Assembly: GCA_030141605.1 (NCBI GenBank)
Contig: JAQGDQ010001833.1
Coordinates: 1-23,762 of the forward strand
Source: Tubiluchus corallicola
Lineage: Eukaryota; Animalia; Priapulida
Direction of reading: 5' to 3'
DNA: 23,762 bases
Shown: piece by piece, positions 1 to 11,631 of the stretch
Layout of the letters: every line of letters starts with the position of its first letter
Position numbering within the stretch: position 1 is the stretch's first letter
Program-made: the position numbers and the translations under genes
The notes under the pieces: model-generated
Told to the model about the DNA's origin: nothing
The model's database searches: none
Seen by the model: the letters and a program-made list of their open reading frames with translations, nothing else

Positions 1-56
1 ATTTTTCAAGCAATACGTAACTTCGGTATTACTTCGTTCAGTTACGTATTGTGCTG

Positions 57-760
57 CTAATCTTTCTGTCAGCTGTGTCTTTGCAAGCTTTCCCTAATCT
101 TTCTGTCAACTGTATCTTTGCAAGCTTTCTCCAATCTTTCTGTCAACTGTATTTTTGCAAGCTTTCTCTAATCTTTCTGTCAACTGTATCTTTGCAAGCT
201 TTCTCTAATCTTTCTGTCAGCTGTATCTTTGCAAGCTTTCCCTAATCTTTCTGTCAGCTGTATCTTTGCAAGCTTTCCCTAATCTTTCTGTCAGCTGTAT
301 CTTTGCAAGCTTTCCCTAATCTTTCTGTCAACTGTATCTTTGCAAGCTTTCCCTAATCTTTCTGTCAGCTGTATCTTTGCAAGCTTTCTCTAATCTTTCT
401 GTCAACTGTATCTTTGCAAGCTTTCCCTAATCTTTCTGTCAACTGTGTCTTTGCAAGCTTTCCCTAATATTTCTGTCAACTGTGTCTTTGCAAGCTTTCT
501 CTAATCTTTCTGTCAACTGTATCTTTGCAAGCTTTCCCTAATCTTTCTGTCAACTGTATCTTTGCAAGCTTTCCCTAATCTTTCTGTCAACTGTATCTTT
601 GCAAGCTTTCCCTAATCTTTCTGTCAACTGTATCTTTGCAAGCTTTCTCTAATCTTTCTGTCAACTGTGTCTTTGCAAGCTTTCTGTAATCTTTCTGTCA
701 ACTGTATCTTTGCAAGCTTTCCCTAATCTTTCTGTCAACTGTATCTTTGCAAGCTTTCTA
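57..760. repeat. 37-bp minisatellite, about 19 copies, in intron 1 of the receptor gene
   Basis: Unit CTAATCTTTCTGTCAACTGTATCTTTGCAAGCTTTCC recurs at 37-bp spacing (e.g. 242 and 279) with few substitutions. Confidence 0.97.
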
Positions 761-881
761 ATTAGACTGATAGTGATGGGAGCTTTTAGCAGGGAATGTC
801 GAAATATTCATATGAAAAACAAAAGCACACGTCTAACAGTCTAAATAAACACGTCTCAGAGTTTAAATAAAGATTATTACC

Positions 882-895
882 ATTATTATTATTAC

Positions 896-949
<54 letters not shown>
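882..949. repeat. (ATT)n microsatellite
   Basis: Near-perfect ATT trinucleotide run read directly from the sequence. Confidence 0.97.
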
Positions 950-1037
950 CCCTATCTATTCCCATGTGAACTTTCTAATCGCTTCATATGTTCTATGAAT
1001 GTTCACTATCTATGTTCATAAAAAACGTTTGACTCAC

Positions 1038-1338
1038 CAATAATAGCTTCAACGCTGTGATTCAGTATCAAATCAACGAACACACTCAAAGCTTTCTTGT
1101 GACTGCAGAACGAATCACCAATGATGTATTCCAGCGTGTCATTCGGCAAGAGATCCGGGTCGTCCCGGATGGCTTCTAGAGCTACGTCCACCGCAAACCT
1201 GCCGCCTCTGCTGGGATCCGTGCCCGGTCGCCGCTCCAGATCCCGTCCCATGAATCCGAACAGAAATCGACGAGCAATCGTCGCCGACACGTGGATGAGG
1301 AGGAGAAAGAGAAGCAGCGTCCCACAGCGTGGCTTCAT
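1038..1338 (-). CDS. First coding exon of a cell-surface receptor with an ANF-receptor (type I periplasmic-binding fold) ectodomain; most likely a receptor guanylyl cyclase/natriuretic-peptide-receptor-like protein, GABA-B-like class C GPCR not excluded
   Basis: ATG at 1338 gives MKPRCGTLLLFLLLIHVSATIA (signal-peptide-like), then ...AVDVALEAIRDDPDLLPNDTLEYIIGDSFCSHKKALSVFVDLILNHSVEAIIG. This matches the A-x-x-A-x-E-x-I...LLP...D(S/T)xC...V-x-A-(I/F)-I-G pattern of this family. It ends at a canonical donor G|GTGAGT (intron starts at 1037, phase 1) and is GC-richer than its flanks. Downstream exons were not found in the window. Confidence 0.82.
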
Positions 1339-1420
1339 TTGGAGGTGTCTTTGACTGTTACTGACAAGACTGCGAAACCAGGTTAAGCGTCGAGAATATA
1401 AAGTTAAGAGCACAACGTAA

Positions 1421-1431
1421 TGCGCATGCGC
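1421..1431. promoter_or_regulatory. NRF1-type palindromic motif TGCGCATGCGC in the putative promoter/5' region of the receptor gene
   Basis: Close match to the NRF1 consensus TGCGCATGCGCA, about 85 bp upstream of the ATG at 1338. Function is inferred only. Confidence 0.35.
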
Positions 1432-1728
1432 CGCAAATTACTAATCTACGTTGTTTGTATGATTTGTGGATTTGATCACTGGTTTTTTTCTTATGCACGC
1501 CTAACCATTTTATGGTTGTAGATGGCGCGCATGTTTATAAAAAACGAAATTTCTAATCTGCAAAAATTAAGCCTTTCTCCTACGTATTTGTCCAAGGGTT
1601 TAACTGTGCAAGAGCTTAGCAGTGTAAACGTTTTTAAACCGTATGTCAATACTATTTGCTTTTTATCTAAACTTGTTTTCTACGTTGACCACAAAACTGT
1701 TTTTCATACCAGTGCAGGCGTACTTTCG

Positions 1729-1761
1729 GTGCACTCTGGCAGTGATGCACTAAAGCCTATA
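1729..1761. repeat. Solitary inverted copy of the core of the 86-bp satellite unit
   Basis: GTGCACTCTGGCAGTGATGCACTAAAGCCTATA is the reverse complement, with 2 mismatches, of TATAGGCTTTAGCGCATCACTGCCAGAATGCAC, the core of the array units. Confidence 0.9.
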
Positions 1762-2221
1762 GCAGATGACAGGCACTGCGCGCTACATGCATTTAGAAAG
1801 GAAAACCCACTAAGTTAAAACGAAAAATATTGTTTGCAATATACTACCAATACTATAGTACAGTGTGATGTTACAAAACATCCTACAAAATCAACAGTAT
1901 TATCTTGCAGAACGTACGTAAATAACCAATGCAAAATTTCTAAATTTTTACGCACTGTTTCGTTCATTTAGGTCAATTTAAAAACAATTTTATCTGAACT
2001 AACCTGATATAGATGCAGTTTAGGCCTACAGCAAAAACTATGCAAAAATCGTTCACAAAACTTCGTTGTGGAAAACTTGGCATGGGAACATTTTAACGAT
2101 CAACTGCTTTTCAGCCAGCAAGGTATACGTTGTGCATTTTTTATTTGAACTTGATGACAACAATATTATTGATGATACTAGTACAGCACACACATTGTAC
2201 AGGGTTTTGAAAAACTTGTCC

Positions 2222-4763
2222 GAATGGATAGAGGACAAATGGCAAAGTTGATGCCGAATCAAAAGCAGGTTGATGCATAACTTATAGGCTTTAGCGCATC
2301 ACTGCCAGAATGGATAGAGGACAAAAGGCAGAGTTCATGCCAGATGAAAAACAGGTTGCTGCATAACTTATAGGCTTTAGCGCATCACTGCCAGAATGCA
2401 TAAAGGACAAAAGGCAGAGTTCATGAAAAACAGGTTGATGCATAACTTACAGGCTTTAGCGCATCACTGCCAGAATGCACAGAGGACAAAAGGCAGAGTT
2501 CATGCCAGATGAAAAGCAGGTTGATGCACAACTTATAGGCTTTAGCGCATCACTGCCAGAATGGATAGAGGACAAAAGGCAGGGTTCATGCCAGATGAAA
2601 AACAGGTTGATGCATAACTTATAGGCTTTAGCGCATCACTGCCAGAATGGATAGAGGACAAAAGGCAGAGTTCATGCCAGATGAAAAACAGGTTGATGCA
2701 TAACTTACAGGCTTTAGCGCATCACTGCCAGAATGCATAAAGGACAAAAGGCAGAGTTCATGCCAGATGAAAAACAGGTTGATGCATAACTTACAGGCTT
2801 TAGCGCATCACTGCCAGAATGGATAAAGGACAAAAGGCAGAGTTCATGCCAGATGAAAAACAGGTTGATGCATAACTTACAGACTTTAGCGCATCACTGC
2901 CAGAATGGATAGAGGACAAAAGGCAGAGTTCATGCCAGATGAAAAACAGGTTTATGCATAACTTACAGGCTTTAGCGCATCACTGCCAGAATGCATAGAG
3001 GACAAAAGGCAGAGTTCATGAAAAACAGGTTTATGCATAACTTACAGGCTTCAGCGCATCACTGCCAGAATGCATAGAGGACAAAAGGCAGAGTTCATGC
3101 CAGATGAAAAACAGGTTGATGCATAACTTATAGGCTTTAGCGCATCACTGCCAGAATGCATAGAGGACAAAAGGCAGAGTTCATGCCAGATGAAAAACAG
3201 GTTGATGCATAACTTACAGGCTTTAGCGCATCACTGCCAGAATGCATAGAGGACAAAAGGCAGAGTTCATGAAAAACAGGTTTATGCATAACTTACAGAC
3301 TTTAGCGCATCACTGCCAGAATGCATAGAGGACAAAAGGCAGAGTTCATGCCAGATGAAAAACAGGTTTATGCATAACTTACAGGCTTTAGCGCATCACT
3401 GCCAGAATGCATAGAGGACAAAAGGCAGAGTTCATGCCAGATGAAAAACAGGTTGATGCATAACTTACAGGCTTTAGCGCATCACTGCCAGAATGCATAG
3501 AGGACAAAAGGCAGAGTTCATGCCAAATGAAAAACAGGTTGATGCATAACTTACAGGCTTTAGCGCATCACTGCCAGAATGCATAGAGGACAAAAGGCAG
3601 AGTTCATGCCAGATGAAAAACAGGTTGCTGCATAACTTATAGGCTTTAGCGCATCACTGCCAGAATGCATAGAGGACAAAAGGCAGAGTTCATGAAAAAC
3701 AGGTTGATGCATAACTTACAGGCTTTAGCGCATCACTGCCAGAATGCACAGAGGACAAAAGGCAGAGTTCATGAAAAACAGGTTGATGCATAACTTACAG
3801 GCTTTAGCGCATCACTGCCAGAATGGATAAAGGACAAAAGGCAGAGTTCATGCCAGATGAAAAACAGGTTGATGCATAACTTACAGGCTTTAGCGCATCA
3901 CTGCCAGAATGCATAGAGGACAAAAGGCAGAGTTCATGCCAGATGAAAAACAGGTTGATGCATAACTTACAGGCTTTAGCGCATCACTGCCAGAATGCAT
4001 AGAGGACAAAAGGCAGAGTTGATGAAAAACAGGTTTATGCATAACTTACAGACTTTAGCGCATCACTGCCAGAATGGATAGAGGACAAAAGGCAGAGTTC
4101 ATGCCAGATGAAAAACAGGTTGCTGCATAACTTATAGGCTTTAGCGCATCACTGCCAGAATGCATAGAGGACAAAAGGCAGAGTTCATGAAAAACAGGTT
4201 GATGCATAACTTACAGGCTTTAGCGCATCACTGCCAGAATGCACAGAGGACAAAAGGCAGAGTTCATGCCAGATGAAAAACAGGTTGATGCATAACTTAC
4301 AGGCTTTAGCGCATCACTGCCAGAATGGATAAAGGACAAAAGGCAGAGTTCATGCCAGATGAAAAACAGGTTGATGCATAACTTACAGGCTTTAGCGCAT
4401 CACTGCCAGAATGGATAAAGGACAAAAGGCAGAGTTCATGCCAGATGAAAAACAGGTTGATGCATAACTTACAGGCTTTAGCGCATCACTGCCAGAATGC
4501 ATAGAGGACAAAAGGCAGAGTTCATGCCAGATGAAAAACAGGTTGATGCATAACTTACAGGCTTTAGCGCATCACTGCCAGAATGCATAGAGGACAAAAG
4601 GCAGAGTTCATGAAAAACAGGTTTATGCATAACTTACAGACTTTAGCGCATCACTGCCAGAATGGATAGAGGACAAAAGGCAGAGTTCATGCCAGATGAA
4701 AAGCAGGTTGATGCATAACTTACAGGCTTTAGCGCATCACTGCCAGAATGGATAGAGGACAAA
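2222..4763. repeat. 86/79-bp tandem satellite, about 30 copies
   Basis: Unit GCAGAGTTCATGCCAGATGAAAAACAGGTTGATGCATAACTTACAGGCTTTAGCGCATCACTGCCAGAATGCATAGAGGACAAAAG (period 86, e.g. 3841 to 3927). Some units lack CCAGATG (79 bp). No spacers between units. Confidence 0.98.
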
Positions 4764-6366
4764 CACCAAAGTTGATGCAAATTGATCTGTGATTATTATT
4801 CTCTAAAACAAACAATGTTGCAGCCGTTGTTAATATTGTAAAGAAACGATCTCTGTAACATTGTGCATTTGGTAACCTGTACGGAGTGAACAATATTTTA
4901 ATATAATAGGCAGCTTGCACTTAACACGATATATAACATACAGTATCTTAACAAACAATTCAACACAATATTATACGCTTTATTTACAACAGATAATAGT
5001 AAGTCAAAACACGCAATATATTATAGTAAATATATCATTGATTTTCTGCATCAGTGGTTTCGAATCAGTAATCACAATCAGCTTAGCTACAATAAATAAA
5101 ATTGCTTCGCCAGAAAAATATATCATATGCATTGAACATTCTTGCAGGAAATCCTTATCCTTACACATCTGGAACGCTCCATTTTCTGAATGGAAAAAGA
5201 AACTCTGATTGAATAAACATTTTTCATCAACAGACAACGGGGTGCTCATATTTAATTCTCTACGAATTACATGCATTATATAATGGGATATTATAAATAG
5301 TTCACATTACAAGAAAAGCAGCTTGTAGGGTGACGTCAAATAGAAAACAAAGCTTGAAAATCCCAGGGGAACAGACAATCCTAAAGATTCCCACTCAGTG
5401 AACCTACATGTACTGCATATTTCCTGGTTACGAAAATACAAATATTTCTAAAAAAAAGGAAAATTAGGGCATTTTAATGAAAAGATATCATGTAAACGGG
5501 TCCGACATTAATATCACCCACTGAGGTCAGCCACATGTGAGCTATGAAAGTTTAAAAAATTTAATGTGCGAGCTAGAAGTTACGAAAAAATACAGATTTG
5601 CAGTCAATTCTTCAGCAACGTTAATGCCAATACATGACGTGACATCATGTAAGAAAAATACATGAAAGTGAAACTGATTTTGATTTCAAAGTCACATGCA
5701 TTCACTGATTGAAAGCTTGCTTTTCGGAAGTAGAACGTTATGCAGTAGTTTCTAATCAAACTTAAGTACATCAAGGTTAACAATTTTGTAAAAAGTTTGC
5801 TGGAAGTTTTAGGAACTGCAACGGGCCTCAAAATTCGGATTTATTTGGGAATGAACAGGGTGTGTTTAGGTTTACAGCAACAACGTTTTGAATAATTTAG
5901 TCTTATAAGCAATGAAATACAAAACTACTTACAAGGAAAAAGGAAAAATTGAACAAAATCTTTGTCAGTTCTTTAATAGAAACAAGAAATTCTGAACTAA
6001 AAGCAATTCTTCCAAAACCTTTTTGTCACAGGCAAACTAATACAAAATCTTTAAACAAAAAGCTTGTTTGAACTACGAAATCCTTCATACATAGAAAACA
6101 AAAAAGTATTCAAATGAACATATTTTCCTGAAAAAAGTCTAAAAGAAAAGATAAAGCTTTACAATCACAACAGCAACTAATGAGCTTAAACACTACAAAA
6201 TACTAATATTTCAATGTCCATGATGTTTAATCTCCCAAGACAAAATAATGTCTTTACAACGGCATGATAATATTGTTCAGTGTCGCATTGTTCACCTTGC
6301 GGAAATTTTTCACGAAAGTGGGTCAATGATTATGAAGAATTAATGTAACAAACTACTGTTAAGACA

Positions 6367-6995
6367 GCTGCACTGGTACAACTTGTGCCTGGCAACCAAT
6401 GTCATCTGGCTGCACTGGTACAACTTGTGCTTGGCAACCAATGTCATCCGGCTGCACTGGTACAACTTGTGCCTGGCAACCAATGTCATCCGGCTGCACT
6501 GGTACAACTTGTGCCTGGCAACCAATGTCATCCGGCTGAACTGGTACAACTTGTGCCTGGCAACCAATGTCATCCGGCTGCACTAGTCCAACTTGTGCCT
6601 GGCAACCAATGTCATCCAGCTGCACTGGTGCAACTTGTGCCTGGCAACCAATGCCATCCAGCTAGACTGGCACAACTTGTTCTTGGCAACCAATGTCATC
6701 CGGCTGCATTGATACAACTTGTGCCTGCCAACCAATGTCATCCGGCTGCACTCATACAACTTGTGCCTGGCAACCAATGTCATCCGGCTGCACTGGTACA
6801 ACTTGTGCCTGGCAACCAATGTCATCCGGCTGCACTGGTACAACTTGTGCCTGGCAACCAATGTCATCCGGCTGCACTGGTACAACTTGTGCCTGCCAAC
6901 CAATGTCATCCGGCTGCACTGGTACAACTTGTGCCTGCCAACCAATGTCATCCGGCTGCATTGATACAACTTGTGCCTGGCATCCAATGTCATCC
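6367..6995. repeat. 42-bp minisatellite, about 15 copies
   Basis: Unit GCTGCACTGGTACAACTTGTGCCTGGCAACCAATGTCATCCG. The length is a multiple of 3, which explains the overlapping repetitive ORFs in the ORF track. Confidence 0.97.
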
Positions 6996-7696
6996 TGGAA
7001 AGTAAAATCGTTAACCGAAAACAACTACAAAATTAATAGGATGCTAATCATCAAGTAATTAGATTTTAGTCACAAGTGAACAAACCCTGTAGATTAAAAT
7101 TAAAATTTCTCAGAGCTTTCACAAACTGAAACTTATACAAGCTGCTAGCACATGATGTTTTTATTACATCAAAATTGCGTAACTATATCAGCTTTAATTA
7201 TCAACAGTTTGCGACCAATGTATTAGATTCCATCTAACAACCGACACTGATTAAACTAATGGCTGAAATGTAGTAGTATCCATTTCAATATGATAGGTGA
7301 AGACTAGACTGGTCGTTTTAAAATTTGCCACAAAAACTGATTATCTGACGTAAGTATTCTGCACAAATAATGCAATGACGTAAGGAGGCCGTTAAATGTT
7401 AGTGTCAAGTGACGAAAATTAGTCCAATTTATACATTATGAAAGCAATAAATTATTTTCAAATAGCTGCTGTTCAAATGGCATTTTGAATTATCAGCTTC
7501 GTTTTATTTGTAAATGAATAAAATGTAATAAAAAGGCGTCAAATGAAGGCAATTCGTACTTCGTGTAATCTTCGTGTAATCTTAAAGATGTCGCAACACA
7601 AAGAGCAACTTTCTTCTCGTGAAAAATCACAAGTAAAAGAAGTGACTAAAGCGGGAGTAAACATATTCGGTATATCTAGTATTTACCTGACTAAAA

Positions 7697-7846
7697 CTAA
7701 CTGTGATTACTTGTGTTAGAATTTGGGGAAACCATGAGAATTGTCTCCTCTTCTGAATCGTGATCGGAATCAGACGCTTCGCCGCGCACTTCCTTGTACC
7801 ATCGGTCCGTCAGATTTGACATTTGGCTTCTCCCATCTCTTAATTC
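7697..7846 (-). CDS. SLC9A8: Sodium/hydrogen exchanger 8 (NHE8), last coding exon
   Basis: Acceptor CTTCCAG|GAA at 7846; translates ELRDGRSQMSNLTDRWYKEVRGEASDSDHDSEEETILMVSPNSNTSNHS then TAG at 7699-7697. It resembles the NHE8 C-terminus (GRxQMxxLTxxWYxEVR plus an acidic tail) and joins the 11124 donor in phase 0. Confidence 0.92.
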   Translation of the reverse strand, partial: ELRDGRSQMSNLTDRWYKEVRGEASDSDHDSEEETILMVSPNSNTSNHS

Positions 7847-8390
7847 CTGGAAGCATTTACATTTTAACATGTCAGCTTACACGTTTACCCACAATTCCGG
7901 GTTTATTACTGCGGTTGTTCAACAAGTTCCTAATAACTGACTTACGAAGCACTGCAGGGTTAAGGATATGGGTTCGCATTCAGACTTCAAACGTTTTTTA
8001 ATGACTTTTTCTAAAGCCTACAATAGAATTTAGCAGTTTTTCTTTACTAGACGAATGATTAAAGCAGGTGTTTATATTGGACATGGGATAGTTAGGGGCT
8101 TATAATCACATTACAATGACATTAGGAACATTTGGCTTCATACACAGTTAAATTAGTATGTTAAGTTTTTCACAAGGTTACCCTGAGTCAGACTGGGTGT
8201 TGTAAAATTGACTGGATTAATCAGTAAAGCTGCTGTAACAATAAACTAGGCTAATTTAACCACAAATCTGGCACAGGCATAAAAATAGCTTTAGAACAGT
8301 CATTAGATTCTTTCACCTAGAATTTGAGTTAGCTGAGAAGTTTGACCTTCTGAGGTTATACAGCTTATCACTGTGTAGCTTATTGAGAAA

Positions 8391-8667
8391 GAGGTAAACA
8401 TGAATAAACAATTGAGGTATACACGAGTAAACAATTGAGGTATACACGAGTAAACAATCGAGGTATACACAAGTAAACAATTGAGGTATACACGTGTAAA
8501 CAATCGAGGTATACACGAGTAAACAATCGAGGTATACACGAGTAAACAATCGAGGTATACACGAGTAAACAATCGAGGTATACACGAGTAAACAATCGAG
8601 GTATACACGAGTAAACAATCGAGGTATACACGAGTAAACAATCGAGGTATACACGAGTAAACAATTG
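8391..8667. repeat. 23-bp minisatellite, about 12 copies (intronic)
   Basis: Unit GAGGTATACACGAGTAAACAATC at 23-bp spacing (e.g. 8521 and 8544). Confidence 0.96.
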
Positions 8668-9637
8668 AATAAATAATCGCGAGGTAAATAAAAATGTTAA
8701 AAAATGAAATGCAAAAATGGATATTTTGCACTGAAACCTGATTTACACTATGGAGATAAATAAGTGACAGGTAACAGGTAGCTGCAGTATTTGTCATCAG
8801 CTTCCTCAAGGTGGTCTAATTGAGAAACCCGAGTTGAGCACAGTTCAGGTTAAAAGGTAAATTAAGGTGATTATCTTCACAGCATGCTTATTGCTCGCAG
8901 TCCGGAGTAATTATTATTTGTTCGAAAACATCGAATGTGCTTATTAAAAACATTAGCTGTTTGTACAATGCACTTGCTTGAATGACCGAATGTAGATTAA
9001 TAAATTATCTTATCAGAATTGTGCTAACTCAAGTGTATTTTTAGATTACATTACATTAGGAGTACTAAATGTTTAAATGTGATCAGACCTTAGGATCCCT
9101 TTTATGTATTTAGGGTAAATTTTAAGACAGTTATTGTTATTATTTACTTGTTATATTATTCATTGCATGACATCTGCTGCCTTTGTATGTGTATGTCTTT
9201 GTTACCATGTTTGTATATATATATATATATGAGGATTCATACATCAGTTTTATAAACTGTCTAATCTGAATCAAATACACTATGTTTAAACTAAGTGTAT
9301 TTTTGCAATATGGTTTTAAATTTTCGTAACATTGAAACGGTGGATAATGACAATGAGAATAAAACCAAGATGATGTAATATAAGAATGCCGGAGAATAAG
9401 AATAATTGAATTTATTGAGTTTAGAGCAGAGCAAGGAGGGGAAGCAAAACATTCGTACAAAAGTTTTACATGCAAAAGAGTTTTCAGTAATTTTGCTTCT
9501 GAAGTTTTAATGTAACAAAAATGTCTGAATGGGTCTGATTCACTGCTTTGCTCATTGCTGGTCAAGCTGGTCAATACCATTGCAGTACATCAGATTTGTT
9601 CTCAAAAACTAAAGTTATTTTTTATAATACCACTGTC

Positions 9638-9872
9638 CAGGGCCTATTTCAAGGGGGGGGGGAAGTGGGGATACTTCCCCGGGGCCGCACCCTCCAGGGG
9701 GGCCTCGCGCCAAGGTAACATTATTTTTTTTGCTTTATGCGAACACACTGTATAACTCCATATCTTCTCTTCGAAAATGCTTCTCCGGCGTTCTAGCAGT
9801 TCAAAAATTTTCCCCGAGGGGGCCTCACACACTCCACTTCCCCGGGCCTCGCTTAGGCTGAAATAGGCCCTG
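9638..9872. mobile_element. Non-autonomous hAT-type MITE, family A, short copy (235 bp)
   Basis: 14-bp TIRs CAGGGCCTATTTCA / TGAAATAGGCCCTG and a perfect 8-bp TSD CCACTGTC (9630-9637 and 9873-9880). An 8-bp TSD with CAGGG ends is typical of hAT elements. Confidence 0.93.
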
Positions 9873-11123
9873 CCACTGTCTAGTGGAAAGGAATATGTTG
9901 TAGTATCTTTCCACTCATTTACGAGATTCCAGACTCATTGTTAAACTAAAGTTCAAAGCGATTAACACATATAATATCGAAAGGGAAAAGGGAAAATACT
10001 GTTTTTAAAATGATTTACTGGGAAAGAATTATCACCAAGGCAGTTTAATTTCATTCTTGCAGAATTAGCTTTTCGCTGTTACACGCATTTCACAATTTTG
10101 CCTAATACCTGGACACAGAACATCTCAACAATGCATAAAAAACAGGCGTGGCGAAATCGCGTGTTGGCGATAATGGTAAATCATAGACATTGTTGTACTG
10201 TTTCACTGTACGTCAATTTTCACTTTCGGAAACACCTGCAGCACGTTCGTGGAAAGTTTGTTCATGAAAAATATTATGTTCAATTGTGACGTCATCATTT
10301 CCTGTCGTCATCATCATCATCATGCTGACATCATCATCATCTTGCTGACATCATCATCGGCCATTAATTAAAGGGGAAGAAAGGGGATTTTTAAAGTATG
10401 TCTAGAAAAACCTTCCATGCAAAGCTATATTACTTACTATCACGCTTAGCTAGTTGAAAGACTTTTGTAATTGGAAAAGAAAATTCTTAACAATTTAAAA
10501 TATTCATGCCACTTGGTAAAATGGCACAGAATCCAGTGTGCATCTCTTGTTCACCAAAAAACACATTAATGATCTTACTGAAAAGATAAACTTTTTGTTA
10601 GGAAATAGTTAGTTAGCAAATAGTGTGCTGCAAATTTTTCAAACCTTACACGATGTTATCTAAACTTGTTTCAAATAACTTACTGATAAAATAGCTGCAC
10701 CTAACGGTCGCCGCAGGAGTTTATATTTACACGTTTTACACAGTGTTACTGTTAACACAAGCTCCGTATGCAATAAGGCAGTATATGTAAGTAATATCAA
10801 ATTTCTAAAAGAATTTTTTAAGCTTGAACAGTGGTTTCTGTGCTTTACATTTTTAAGTTATTATTTACGTATCAAAAACACTTTGGCACTATTACAGGTG
10901 TTAAAATGAAAACTTTAGAACAGGGCAGGATATGAAAAATCATCCCATTTCCTGTAAATAACAAGGTTAATATGGTTGTCCATACTAAGTGCCGTTGTTT
11001 TGAATTCGACAGACTAAACACAATCACGCAAAGCAATCAGACATTAAACCGACATTAATATCACTTTTTACGACTTCAAATGTTTCCGTTCATTAAGCTC
11101 TCACGACAATCGGCTAATCTCAC

Positions 11124-11267
11124 CTGCCGTGTGAATCGTCTAGTGAAAAACGGATTCAGGTATTTCACGTCAAATTTCACGAATCCGCTCAGGTGCGGCT
11201 TGACGAAATTGACTTCGTATTCCTCCTCCGTCATCTCGGACAGGTGTTCTGATTCCACGGCACTACC
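11124..11267 (-). CDS. SLC9A8: Sodium/hydrogen exchanger 8 (NHE8), penultimate coding exon (144 nt, phase 0/0)
   Basis: Acceptor CTCTTTTTCAG|GGT and donor CAG|GTGAGA. Translates GSAVESEHLSEMTEEEYEVNFVKPHLSGFVKFDVKYLNPFFTRRFTRQ, matching the NHE8-diagnostic VESEHLSExTEEEYE and KYLNPFFTRR motifs. Confidence 0.96.
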
Positions 11268-11321
11268 CTGAAAAAGAGTGAATTTAATTACAGGTGTTTT
11301 GCGCGGGATTCTTCGAAGAGG

Positions 11322-11564
11322 CAGGGCCTATTTCAGCCTAGGCGAGGCTCGGGGAAGTGGGGCGTGTGAGGCCTCATCGGGGGAGGGGGGGTCGAGCGTT
11401 GTTGGTTGGTGTCCAGAAAATTTTTGAACTGCTAGAACTCAGAGAAGCAGTTTCGAAGAGAAAATATGGAGTTATACAGTTGTTAAAGGAAAGAACAATT
11501 GAAAGAAAAACTGCTTCATTCTCAAGATCAGTCCTTAATACTTGTCAATACTGGTAAACGCGTG

Positions 11565-11631
<67 letters not shown>

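Noticed and set aside
51-245. 64-aa ORF
   Set aside because: Translation of the 37-bp minisatellite.
1121-1354. 77-aa + strand ORF
   Set aside because: Antisense shadow of the GC-rich receptor exon.
2222-4763. Long regular array as a possible CRISPR locus
   Set aside because: Units are contiguous with no unique spacers, there are no cas genes, and the context is eukaryotic.
4915-5276. 97-aa (+) and 90-aa (-) ORFs
   Set aside because: No recognisable motifs, AT-rich composition and no clear exon boundaries; likely chance ORFs.
5502-5517. Exact 16-mer CCGACATTAATATCAC also present at 11049-11064
   Set aside because: The similarity does not extend on either side, and one such match in an AT-rich 24-kb window is not clearly beyond chance.
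8303-8809. Overlapping ORFs of 94-168 aa on the minus strand
   Set aside because: Generated by the stop-poor 23-bp minisatellite, whose unit is not a multiple of 3.
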